From an uncultured Clostridia bacterium (GTDB taxonomy: Bacteria; Bacillota; Clostridia; Christensenellales; UBA3700): DNA of 64,000 nucleotides. Location: contig CAMFVQ010000058.1 in the NCBI GenBank assembly GCA_945992255.1, forward strand, positions 25,292 to 89,291, written 5' to 3'. Each line of letters opens with the position of its first letter. Position 1 is the first letter of the stretch. Of the stretch, positions 11,248 to 19,468 are shown in pieces. The notes under the pieces were generated by a model that saw only the letters and a program-made list of their open reading frames with translations, did not search any database and was not told the DNA's origin. Position numbers and translations under genes: made by a program.

Positions 11248-11721
11248 TTGTTTTCTCCTTGCTTTTTATTTTATAAAATAGATTATAACACTATAAATGT
11301 CCAAAGTAAACACTTTATTGATTTTTGGTAAGAATATTTTATAATTGACAAAAATATCGGCAATTTTGCCCACTTTTACAGCTTTTTTGGCTGTTTTGAA
11401 GAAACTCCACCCTAAGGTAGCAACCTACTTTTCTCACTAGGCTCCGCCCTATTTTTTACACCACCCCAACATTATCACCTAGCTCAATCTTGACTAGCTA
11501 CATCACTCAGCCCTGCTCTATTTCCTTACTCCAACTCCCCCTATCCAATCACGCCTCATCAGCATAGATTATTGCGTTTTTCTCGATATGTATCGACTTT
11601 TTGGCTATCTAATTGCCTGTTTTATACTTTTCGCAACTCACCTGTCACCACCAAATATCATCTTTTGAAAACACCATTTTGTATACTTTACCTATATTTT
11701 TAATAATTATTACAAAAACCT

Positions 11722-11750
11722 TTGAAAATTCTCTTACAATATGATATACT
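11722..11750 (+). promoter_or_regulatory. Sigma-70-type promoter of the NifU-like/GGGtGRT operon
   Basis: TTGAAA, 17 nt spacer, TATACT, about 40 nt upstream of the SD/ATG at 11789. Confidence 0.45.
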
Positions 11751-11788
11751 CAAACAAGGATAGAAAATTTTTTAAGGAGGAATTCCTA

Positions 11789-12481
11789 ATGGAATATTCA
11801 AATGAAGTTTTGAAGATGTGTAAGGTTGCCAAAGGTGCCAACCATGGTCCAGCTCCAATTCCTGAAGAAGGAAAGTGGGTTCAATCAAAAGAGATCAAAG
11901 ACATCAGCGGTCTTACTCACGGTGTAGGTTGGTGCGCTCCACAACAAGGTGCTTGCAAACTTACTCTCAACGTAAAAGATGGTATCATCGAAGAGGCTTT
12001 GGTAGAAACACTTGGCTGTTCTGGTATGACCCACTCTGCTGCTATGGCTGCAGAAATCTTGCCGGGCAAGACAATTCTTGAAGCACTCAACACAGACCTT
12101 GTGTGTGATGCTATCAACACAGCAATGAGAGAGTTGTTCCTACAAATCGTTTATGGTAGAACACAATCTGCTTTCTCAGAAGGTGGTTTGCCAATCGGTG
12201 CAGGCCTAGAAGACCTTGGTAAGGGCTTGCGTTCCCAAGTTGGTACAATGTACTCTACCAATGCTAAGGGCGTAAGATATCTTGAGATGGCAGAAGGTTA
12301 CGTTACTCGTATCGGTCTTGATGAGAACGACAACGTTATCGGTTATGAGTTTGTCAACCTTGGCAAAATGATGGACGCTATTTCAAACGGTATGAGTGCC
12401 AACGATGCACTTGTAAAATTCACCAACAACTATGGTAGATTCAACGATGCGGTTAAGAAAATTAACCCACGTAAGGAATAA
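11789..12481 (+). CDS. NifU N-terminal-like (Fe-S scaffold-like) protein, partner of the GGGtGRT protein
   Basis: Start chosen at MEYSNEV, behind AAGGAGG. Cys-containing segments GVGWCAPQQGAC and LGCSGMTHSA resemble the IscU/NifU fold. Confidence 0.55.
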   Translation: MEYSNEVLKMCKVAKGANHGPAPIPEEGKWVQSKEIKDISGLTHGVGWCAPQQGACKLTLNVKDGIIEEALVETLGCSGMTHSAAMAAEILPGKTILEALNTDLVCDAINTAMRELFLQIVYGRTQSAFSEGGLPIGAGLEDLGKGLRSQVGTMYSTNAKGVRYLEMAEGYVTRIGLDENDNVIGYEFVNLGKMMDAISNGMSANDALVKFTNNYGRFNDAVKKINPRKE

Positions 12482-12493
12482 GGAGGAATAGGT

Positions 12494-13498
12494 ATGGCAG
12501 TTACATTTGAAAGTTATTCTAGAAGAATTGACAAAATCACCAAGACATTGGCAGAATATGGTATCTCTTCTCTCGAAGAAGCAAGAGAAATCTGTCTTGA
12601 AAAAGGTGTAGATTGTGAAGCTATCGTAAAAGGTATCCAACCTATCGCATTCGAGAACGCAGTTTGGGCATACACAGTTGGTTGCGCTATCGCTATCAAG
12701 AAGAATTGCACAAAGGCTGCTGACGCTGCTGAAGCTATCGGTGTAGGTCTCCAAAGCTTCTGTATCCCTGGTTCTGTTGCTGACAACCGTAAAGTTGGTC
12801 TTGGCCACGGCAATCTTGCTGCAATGCTACTCAGAGAAGAAACAAAGTGCTTTGCTTTCTTGGCAGGTCACGAGTCTTTTGCTGCTGCAGAAGGTGCTAT
12901 CGGTATTGCAAAAACAGCCAACAAAGTAAGAAAACAACCTCTCCAAGTTATCCTCAATGGTCTTGGAAAAGATGCTGCTCAAATCATCAGCCGTATCAAT
13001 GGTTTTACTTATGTTCAAACTAAGCTTGACTACTCTACTGAGGAACTCAACGTTGTATCTACCACTCCATACAGCACTGGCGAAAGAAGTGCAGTAAGAG
13101 TTTATGGCGCTGATGACGTAGTAGAAGGCGTAGCAATCATGAAACACGAGCATGTTGACGTTTCTATCACCGGCAACTCAACCAACCCTACTCGTTTCCA
13201 ACACCCAGTTGCAGGCACTTACAAGAAGTGGTGTATCGAGAATGGTAAAAAATACTTCTCAGTTGCTTCAGGCGGTGGCACAGGTAGAACATTGCACCCA
13301 GACAACATGGCTGCAGGTCCAGCATCTTATGGTATGACTGACACAATGGGTCGTATGCACTCAGATGCCCAATTCGCAGGTTCTTCTTCTGTTCCAGCTC
13401 ACGTAGAGATGATGGGGCTTATCGGTATGGGTAACAACCCAATGGTAGGTGCATCAGTTGCTTGTGCAGTTGCTGTTCAAGAAGGTTTGGCAAAATAA
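12494..13498 (+). CDS. GGGtGRT family protein (function unknown)
   Basis: Contains the eponymous SGGGTGRTLHPDN motif. AGGAGG SD upstream. Confidence 0.8.
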   Translation: MAVTFESYSRRIDKITKTLAEYGISSLEEAREICLEKGVDCEAIVKGIQPIAFENAVWAYTVGCAIAIKKNCTKAADAAEAIGVGLQSFCIPGSVADNRKVGLGHGNLAAMLLREETKCFAFLAGHESFAAAEGAIGIAKTANKVRKQPLQVILNGLGKDAAQIISRINGFTYVQTKLDYSTEELNVVSTTPYSTGERSAVRVYGADDVVEGVAIMKHEHVDVSITGNSTNPTRFQHPVAGTYKKWCIENGKKYFSVASGGGTGRTLHPDNMAAGPASYGMTDTMGRMHSDAQFAGSSSVPAHVEMMGLIGMGNNPMVGASVACAVAVQEGLAK

Positions 13499-13528
13499 TT
13501 TAGCTATCCTGCTTACAATAAAAATTAT

Positions 13529-13555
13529 AGCGAGTCGCAAGGCTCGCTATTTTTG
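13529..13555 (+). terminator. Rho-independent terminator
   Basis: Stem AGCGAG / CTCGCT followed by ATTTTTG. Confidence 0.6.
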
Positions 13556-13710
13556 TACAATTTTGTGTATTTTTGTGCATTGCACGCATTGACAGCTCTA
13601 CCAACACGCAATGCTTTGCATAACCAATTGTTGCTATATTATTGCTCTTCTAGTTAAGCATTAAGACGCTTTATCAAAACACCCCCTTTGTTCAAGGAGG
13701 TGTTGTTGGT

Positions 13711-14217
13711 TTACTTTATTATTTGACTCATTACTTTTTCAATATCTGCTTGCATTGTTGCTTGTTCGACTGATTGGTCATATTCGGCTTTGATTTCGTA
13801 TGCGTGGTTGTTTGCCTCGAATACTATTATTACAAAAATATTCTGGTTTTTTACAACTCGATACCATACTTTTTGATTTTTGTACGTATCTTCTACTACG
13901 CCTTCTTGCCCATCCAAACTAGGAATCAAGCCATATGTTAGTATACTGATATTTCTTTTTGCATCTTTGCATTCTATCAAATATCCTGTCGCTTTCTTTG
14001 CATTCACTTCAAATCTAAGGCTTTTGTGTTGAGGATTGTAGATTATATAGCATTGAGTATCACCCACGAATGGCATTTGGGTAGGTATCTCGTACCTATC
14101 GCCCAATTCTTGGTTTAATTTTTTGAGTGATACATTATCGTTTATTACAGGTTGCAATCCCCAGCTTAACACTCCTACCAAAACTGCCACTACGACAACT
14201 ACTGCTACTGTTACCAA
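13711..14217 (-). CDS. Hypothetical membrane-anchored protein (possibly disrupted at codon 4)
   Basis: Hydrophobic N-terminus. The only SD-preceded ATG (14238) is in frame but is followed by TAA at 14227-14229. The tracked ORF restarts at a TTG. Confidence 0.4.
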   Translation of the reverse strand: MVTVAVVVVVAVLVGVLSWGLQPVINDNVSLKKLNQELGDRYEIPTQMPFVGDTQCYIIYNPQHKSLRFEVNAKKATGYLIECKDAKRNISILTYGLIPSLDGQEGVVEDTYKNQKVWYRVVKNQNIFVIIVFEANNHAYEIKAEYDQSVEQATMQADIEKVMSQIIK

Positions 14218-14432
14218 AATTTTAGTTTATTTGCTCATAAGCTTTCTCCTTTTTGTTTTAACTATAATATAGCTGATTGCTCAACCTAAGTTGCAAGATA
14301 TTGTTTACTCCCACATACAGCTTTTGTAGCAATTTTATCTTCCTCAAATATATTATACCATACCCCCCCGTTATAGCAATAGTTGTTTTCACATTTTTCG
14401 CCACCCAGCTTTCCATTACTATATCCAAGGGC

Positions 14433-14470
14433 AAAAAAAAATCCACTCCCGTAGGAGTGGATAATTTTTC
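14433..14470. terminator. Bidirectional terminator
   Basis: Stem ATCCACTCC / GGAGTGGAT with loop CGTA, flanked by A8 and a T-run. Confidence 0.65.
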
Positions 14471-14474
14471 AAGC

Positions 14475-14813
14475 TTATTTCTTTGTGTACTTGATAGATC
14501 CGAACCAAAGGTTGCCATCTTTGTCAATGAAACCAGCTTTCATAGAAGATGTTTCTTTGTTCTCGTTTTCCCAAACGATACTGATAGGTGTGTTGCCATT
14601 GTCAGTTTTCTTTTCGGTCTTATACTTACCTTTGATTTCTGACTTAGAAGATCCCACTGTAATTGTATAAGTGATACCTCCAAAAGCTGACAACTTAACT
14701 TCGCTAAGTCCAGTAGGTCCAGTGTATGTACCAGCAGCACAACCTGCAAATACGAGTACACAGCTCATTAGCATTACTACTACAAGAGTAGCAACAATAA
14801 TTTTCTTATTCAT
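14475..14813 (-). CDS. Putative lipoprotein
   Basis: Start at MNKKII behind GGAGG. Signal peptide ends in the lipobox VFAGC. Confidence 0.6.
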   Translation of the reverse strand: MNKKIIVATLVVVMLMSCVLVFAGCAAGTYTGPTGLSEVKLSAFGGITYTITVGSSKSEIKGKYKTEKKTDNGNTPISIVWENENKETSSMKAGFIDKDGNLWFGSIKYTKK

Positions 14814-14928
14814 ATTATAATCCTCCAAAGATTTTTTTGATACTTAGATTATATCACTATCATATTATATTTTCAAGACAAATTTTACAAAAATTTGAAC
14901 TTTCTTAAAATTTTTTATAATATCAGTA

Positions 14929-15672
14929 TCAGAACATTCTATTGTATATTCCACCGCCGACCAGCACCCCTAGTGCGAATGTTACAATGTTGGACAATAT
15001 TGTATAAAGCACGATTTTCATCTTTCGCTCTTTTGGCATAGTCTTACAATATACTATACTCTCAGCCACCACAACAACCACCTCGAATGCCCAATAGAAC
15101 AAAAAATAGTTGACAATTTGGAATCCAATCGCAAAGTCGATGATTGAGAGCGTTTGGTTGAGTGCATAGTTGCTAACAAGATTGGTGATGCCGATGATTT
15201 TGAGTGCTCGTTTGTTCCTGAACACAACCAAGCCAATCAAACACTCTACCACCATTGTAACCAACATTCTGCCGAACGTGGATGCAACTATATATCCCCA
15301 CTTATACTCGGCTTTTACTCCACCAAAAGTCGTAGTGTTGTCATTAGTCTTTTCGGCAAGTTCTTGGAATGTTTTTCCGCCTATGTTGTATGTGTAAAAG
15401 CCCTCAAAGAATTCTCTCTCGAACTTTGGCGAACGCACAATGACCTCGCCCTGCTCAGAAAAAAGCACGATTTGATATTCCTTGTGTGCAATATAATGAG
15501 AATGGAATGTGAAGTCGCCCTCTACATCATAGAAAACAAAGCTCTCCTTATATCCTTCCAACTCATAGTTGTCCACAAAATCATATTTACCCTTTTCTTC
15601 AGACCTAGGGCTATTGGAATTTCCGCCATTTGCAAATATTTTAGCTTGCTTTATCTTACGCACGAAATATCC
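14929..15672 (-). pseudogene. C-terminal part of a host membrane protein gene split by the prophage
   Basis: The frame stays open upstream of the tracked GTG as far as the att core (...HLGYFVRKIKQ...). It joins in frame with the fragment at 55158-55310. The C-terminal half has several TM segments. Confidence 0.7.
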
Positions 15673-15695
15673 AAGGTGGGCTATAGTAGCAAAGG
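15650..15695. other. attL (host arm, TCC core at 15670-15672, phage arm)
   Basis: The 3 nt core is shared with the right junction. The codon/dinucleotide style changes here, and an in-frame host gene can be reconstructed across it. Confidence 0.6.
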
Positions 15696-15736
15696 ACTAC
15701 AGCCAAGGCGTACTAGAACTTGTAGCCTAGTACGTA

Positions 15737-15764
15737 AAAGAGGCTCTCTTATGAGGGCCTCTTT
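15737..15764. terminator. Terminator after the last prophage gene
   Basis: Stem AAAGAGGC / GCCTCTTT, with a T-rich flank on the minus strand. Confidence 0.55.
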
Positions 15765-15767
15765 ATT

Positions 15768-16400
15768 TTAGTTTTTAAGTTTTGCCAGAATTGTAGCTAC
15801 TAGTTCCTCGTCGGCGCCGGTATACTCGCATACCAGCTCTATTACCTCCGACTCATCCGGATCGTTGTCGTAATCCTCGTCGTCCTCATAGTCCTCGTCG
15901 TCCTCGGTTTCGTCTACGCTTTCCGCGTCGGTATCGTTGGCGCTCTCGGTATCGTGGTTAATAAGGTCTTTTACTACGTTCTCAATAGGCTTGCCGCTTG
16001 CGATCGCTATAGCCGCGTCTAATGCCTCTTGTCCCATAGTGTCGTCGTCCTTAAGGGTGGCGTTTTTCTTAAAGAGCCTAAGAACCCATAGTTCTATGTA
16101 CTTGCCAAAGAGATTGTAGTATACTATAGCAAGTGCTCCGCAAGCCGCGCCAGCCATAACAATGGCTACGTCGCCCTCTCCGCTTTTCAAAATAAAGTTC
16201 TTAAGGTAGTAAAGCCCTATGCCTATACCTACTGGAATAAGAAGTATAAGCCTCTCTACCAGCTCGCGCACCGTGCGTCTCTTGATCTTATTGATAAGGA
16301 GCTTTACGGGTATTTTGGCAAACGAGGTAAGTACCATAGTAGCCAGAGCTATAACGAACGGCCAAAAGCCGTAAGTATCAAATAGGTACTGTACGTTCAT
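15768..16400 (-). CDS. Phage membrane protein with a strongly acidic C-terminal tail (holin candidate)
   Basis: Strong SD (TAAGGAGG). About 4 TM segments followed by a D/E-rich tail. Sits at the terminal position where lysis genes usually lie. Confidence 0.4.
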   Translation of the reverse strand: MNVQYLFDTYGFWPFVIALATMVLTSFAKIPVKLLINKIKRRTVRELVERLILLIPVGIGIGLYYLKNFILKSGEGDVAIVMAGAACGALAIVYYNLFGKYIELWVLRLFKKNATLKDDDTMGQEALDAAIAIASGKPIENVVKDLINHDTESANDTDAESVDETEDDEDYEDDEDYDNDPDESEVIELVCEYTGADEELVATILAKLKN

Positions 16401-16411
16401 AGCCTGCCTCC

Positions 16412-16735
16412 TTAGTTACCCTCGTAAAGGGCTTTGATTTTAGCAATGGCGTTGTCGTACTCAGCGCTTACCTTAAAGGTGATAGCTGCTTTTTCTCTTG
16501 CTGCAAAATCGCTAGCTCTCTTTGCGTAGTCCTCGCGAATTGCGGACTCCTTAGCCGAATACTCAGCGTTAAGAGAGGTAAGCTTTTCGGTCATTTCCTT
16601 GTTGATTTCGTGCTGTTTGGGCACTACAACGTTGGCGTCGTTGTCGCGCACTGCTGCGTCTACGGCTCTTGCCTTTTCCTGCTCAAGTACTGCGACCTGT
16701 CCTTGCAAAGTGCTAATAAGGTTGTTGTTAGTCAT
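16412..16735 (-). CDS. Phage hypothetical protein (helical)
   Basis: ORF with a GAGGAGG SD. No recognisable motif. Confidence 0.5.
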   Translation of the reverse strand: MTNNNLISTLQGQVAVLEQEKARAVDAAVRDNDANVVVPKQHEINKEMTEKLTSLNAEYSAKESAIREDYAKRASDFAAREKAAITFKVSAEYDNAIAKIKALYEGN

Positions 16736-16756
16736 TGTTTCGTCCTCCTCTTTTTT

Positions 16757-17122
16757 TTAAATGATAACTGTGTCAATGGTTTTGTTGGTTGGTTCTTGCT
16801 CGTCGTAGTTGCTTGCGTCTGCCGGCTGTTTGAGGTCTGCCGCAGGGTCGTAGCTAGGAATTATGGGTTCCTCGGCTACCGGCTCGTCGTCCTCTACAAA
16901 GTCTGCAAGCGGCGCCCACTTACGTTCAAACTCGGCTTTCTCAGCCGCTACGAGTTTGTCTGCCAAAGGCTTTACGTCCTGCTCGGTAAAGGTGCCTACA
17001 GATAGGTAGGGCGCCAGCGTTGCGCGGATCTCAGCCTCGGCGGTTTCTACTCTGCTCTCCAGTCGTTCCTGATCGGCTTTGTAGGCGGCTGTTAGCTTGT
17101 CTGTGTTGATGCGTTTTGCCAT
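16757..17122 (-). CDS. Phage hypothetical protein (acidic)
   Basis: ORF with an AAGGAG SD. No recognisable motif. Confidence 0.5.
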   Translation of the reverse strand: MAKRINTDKLTAAYKADQERLESRVETAEAEIRATLAPYLSVGTFTEQDVKPLADKLVAAEKAEFERKWAPLADFVEDDEPVAEEPIIPSYDPAADLKQPADASNYDEQEPTNKTIDTVII

Positions 17123-17147
17123 AGTCTCGTCTCCTTGTCTTTATTTT

Positions 17148-17840
17148 CTAAAACGGCAGTATTTGTATACCGGTATAGAATTCTATGTAGTACGCTACTA
17201 TCTTTAAGAGCATATAGGCAAGTAGCAAGCCTAAGCCTGTCCAAATAAAGACCTGCGCTATTTTGGTAAACTCTCTTATGAGTTCCACCGTAGCGTTTAT
17301 GCCTTTAAGCAGGTACAGTATAAGGGCTATAACCAGCCAAGGTAAGGCCGCTACAGTTATGGTAAGTACCATAAAAAACTTGCTGTAGCTCCTGGTCTCT
17401 GCGCCCTCTGTGCGTTGTTTCGGTTTTCCCGTTATGTTACCAAAGTCAAACTCCAGTATAGGCCTAAAGCGTTCATAGAACGCCTCGTTATCTTCGTTGC
17501 CGGCTCTACGTTCCTTGGAACGGGCCTCGGCGCTGTCTGCTTTCATTTCGTGCGTAAGAGCCTTGCCGGCAATCTCTGCGTATTCGTCGGCGTTGTCGTT
17601 GGCAGCCTTTACAGTAGCCGCCGCTTTTACCATTCCCTTGGCTGCCTCGTCTATAGTCATGCCTCCGGTCTTAACCTTGTCTACTATAGCCTCTCCAGCC
17701 ACTTTGGCTATGTCCTCTACTTGTGGCGTCTCGTCCGGTTTTTGCGTATCCGCTACCACCAAAGTGCCTGTAGGTTTTTTGCTATCCACGGCTTGCCTTT
17801 TAGCTAGCTCTTGGTTTACTATTTCGTCTGCGCTTGCCAT
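17148..17840 (-). CDS. Phage membrane protein (soluble N-terminal part, C-terminal TM segments)
   Basis: ORF with a GAGGAGG SD. Hydrophobic C-terminal third. Confidence 0.5.
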   Translation of the reverse strand: MASADEIVNQELAKRQAVDSKKPTGTLVVADTQKPDETPQVEDIAKVAGEAIVDKVKTGGMTIDEAAKGMVKAAATVKAANDNADEYAEIAGKALTHEMKADSAEARSKERRAGNEDNEAFYERFRPILEFDFGNITGKPKQRTEGAETRSYSKFFMVLTITVAALPWLVIALILYLLKGINATVELIREFTKIAQVFIWTGLGLLLAYMLLKIVAYYIEFYTGIQILPF

Positions 17841-17877
17841 AATGTCCTCCTCTTGCCCTCTATTTATTTAAGGGCTT

Positions 17878-18102
17878 TTACTCAAGATTAGCCCGTACCT
17901 CTACGAACCACTCCGGGCGTAAACTTGTAGCGTTTCCGTCGTTAAGTTCGTTGATCTCCTCCAAAGTTTTACCCTCAAGGGCATTACCCCAGCTCTCTAA
18001 CGCAAAATCTACGTCTTGCTGCGTAAGAATACCGGCCTCTTTATCTTGGTTAAGGGTTACAAGTAGAGCCTGTGTACTGAATACCTTTTTTGTTTTTTCC
18101 AT
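17878..18102 (-). CDS. Phage hypothetical protein
   Basis: ORF with a GAGGAGG SD. Overlaps the 3' end of the RT ORF. Confidence 0.45.
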   Translation of the reverse strand: MEKTKKVFSTQALLVTLNQDKEAGILTQQDVDFALESWGNALEGKTLEEINELNDGNATSLRPEWFVEVRANLE

Positions 18103-19150
18103 TGCGTTTGTCCTCCTCGCTTACTATTTTTGTAAGTTTGCCCTTTTTAACTTTAGGCTTTATGTACTTTAGGTAATAGTTTTTACCGTTTGCTATATGG
18201 TGCAGCCAGCCCATCCGGGAGAGTGCCGACCGAGCTTGTCTTACGGTAGGCTGTCCTCGGCGTTCTATGCGCCCTATTACGCGCGTCATATCGTATAATA
18301 TATAGTTGCGTAGCTCCGTATGGTCTCTATAAAACTTAAAGCCTAAGTAGTCTATGGGCCTACTGTCTATAGGGTAAACTTGCCAGTTCCTTTTAAGCGT
18401 AAGCCCGTAGCCGTTCTGGTTAAAGTATTCCTCTACAGCTTTGCGCACCTTGTGTAGTTTCCTTTTGTTAGTATCGAGCATAAGCATATCGTCTACGTTG
18501 CGTACGTAGTAATTTACCTTTAGCTCTTGTTTTATATAGTGATCGAACTCCTCAAGGTAAAAATTTCCTAGCCATTGTGAGGTGTAGTAGCCTATAGGTA
18601 GACCGCTCTCGCCTCCGTGGTCTATTATTTGGTCTAGGAGAGCTATAACTCTCTTGTCCTTTATCTTTTTACGGAGTAACCACTTTAGCTTGTCCTGGTT
18701 TATGCTTTGGTAAAATTTCGATATATCGCATTGGAATACGTGGCGTATCGCCCTGTCGTTCCTTAGTGCTTTCTCTATGTAGTTCTTACCGTATATACCG
18801 CCTCTGCCGGGTACGTTTCCTACGGAGTACTCGTACATACCTTTAGTAAAAATCGCTTGCAGCGGTAACATAACGCACCAGTGTATTATTTGGTCTGGGT
18901 AGTAGCAAGGTACGGAGATCTGCCGTACTTTTTGCTTTGGGCCCTCCCGGCGCTCCATGTACCTGTCGTGCCCTAGCTCTACGTGCTCCGCTAAAAGCAT
19001 AGCCTGTATGTCTATGGCGTACTTATCCATATTGTTGAGTATTCGTTTTACCGACCTGTACTCTCGCTTTTTCTCTGCGGAGCGCCGTATAGCCTCTTTT
19101 ATATTTTCAATGTCGCAGACTTTCTCATAAATATAGCCCTGTCGTTTCAT
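18050..19150 (-). CDS. DGR reverse transcriptase
   Basis: RT motifs including LPIGYYTSQWLGNFYL (the DGR-type IGxxxSQ) and VRNVDDMLML (catalytic DD). Located immediately 3' of a TR that pairs with a VR. Confidence 0.9.
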   Translation of the reverse strand: MKRQGYIYEKVCDIENIKEAIRRSAEKKREYRSVKRILNNMDKYAIDIQAMLLAEHVELGHDRYMERREGPKQKVRQISVPCYYPDQIIHWCVMLPLQAIFTKGMYEYSVGNVPGRGGIYGKNYIEKALRNDRAIRHVFQCDISKFYQSINQDKLKWLLRKKIKDKRVIALLDQIIDHGGESGLPIGYYTSQWLGNFYLEEFDHYIKQELKVNYYVRNVDDMLMLDTNKRKLHKVRKAVEEYFNQNGYGLTLKRNWQVYPIDSRPIDYLGFKFYRDHTELRNYILYDMTRVIGRIERRGQPTVRQARSALSRMGWLHHIANGKNYYLKYIKPKVKKGKLTKIVSEEDKRNGKNKKGIQYTGSTCNP

Positions 19151-19276
19151 TGTTACTTACTTCTTTTACTCTCAAAGCCTTTCGAGGTATCCTACTAGGC
19201 TCTGCCTCTATCGATATTTTTTGCCAAGGGGCAAGGATAAGACAAGCCAAATTATTTTTGTACTTAGTTTTTGTAA

Positions 19277-19387
19277 AAGATTGCGACCGCCGATGTTGGA
19301 GTTCGTGTTCGTGGCGGAATTGTTCGCGTTGAAATACCAAGGCCCAGCGTTGAGCGTGTTATTCCAGTTGCCACCTACGTTGACCAT
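19277..19387 (-). repeat. DGR template repeat (TR)
   Basis: 111 nt aligns without gaps to 19484-19594. All 13 mismatches fall at TR adenines on the minus strand. TR is rich in AAC codons. Confidence 0.9.
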
Positions 19388-19440
19388 ACGGCACGGCTTG
19401 CCTTACCCTATATTTGTTGTTGCTGTTTTACTTACCTAGG

Positions 19441-19462
19441 GCTAGGGGGTAATCCCCCTAGC
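19441..19462 (-). promoter_or_regulatory. GC hairpin just 3' of the VR (DGR target-recognition-type hairpin)
   Basis: GCTAGGGGG-TAAT-CCCCCTAGC on the plus strand: 9 bp stem, 4 nt loop. It lies 7 nt after the target gene's stop codon. Confidence 0.7.
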
Positions 19463-19468
19463 TACCCC

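Noticed and set aside
11248-11700. T-box riboswitch leader upstream of tyrS
   Set aside because: A plausible promoter (TTTACT, 17 nt, TATAAT) lies only about 40 nt from the start codon. No GGGTGGTACCGCG-type T-box core is present, and no terminator/antiterminator pair with a U-run precedes the SD. Only the faint match TTAGGGTGGAG exists, further upstream.
18050-19150. RT as a retron, group II intron or abortive-infection RT
   Set aside because: The adjacent TR/VR pair with exclusively adenine-linked mismatches, plus the IGxxxSQ motif, point to a DGR. There is no intron RNA domain structure and no msr/msd-like inverted repeats.
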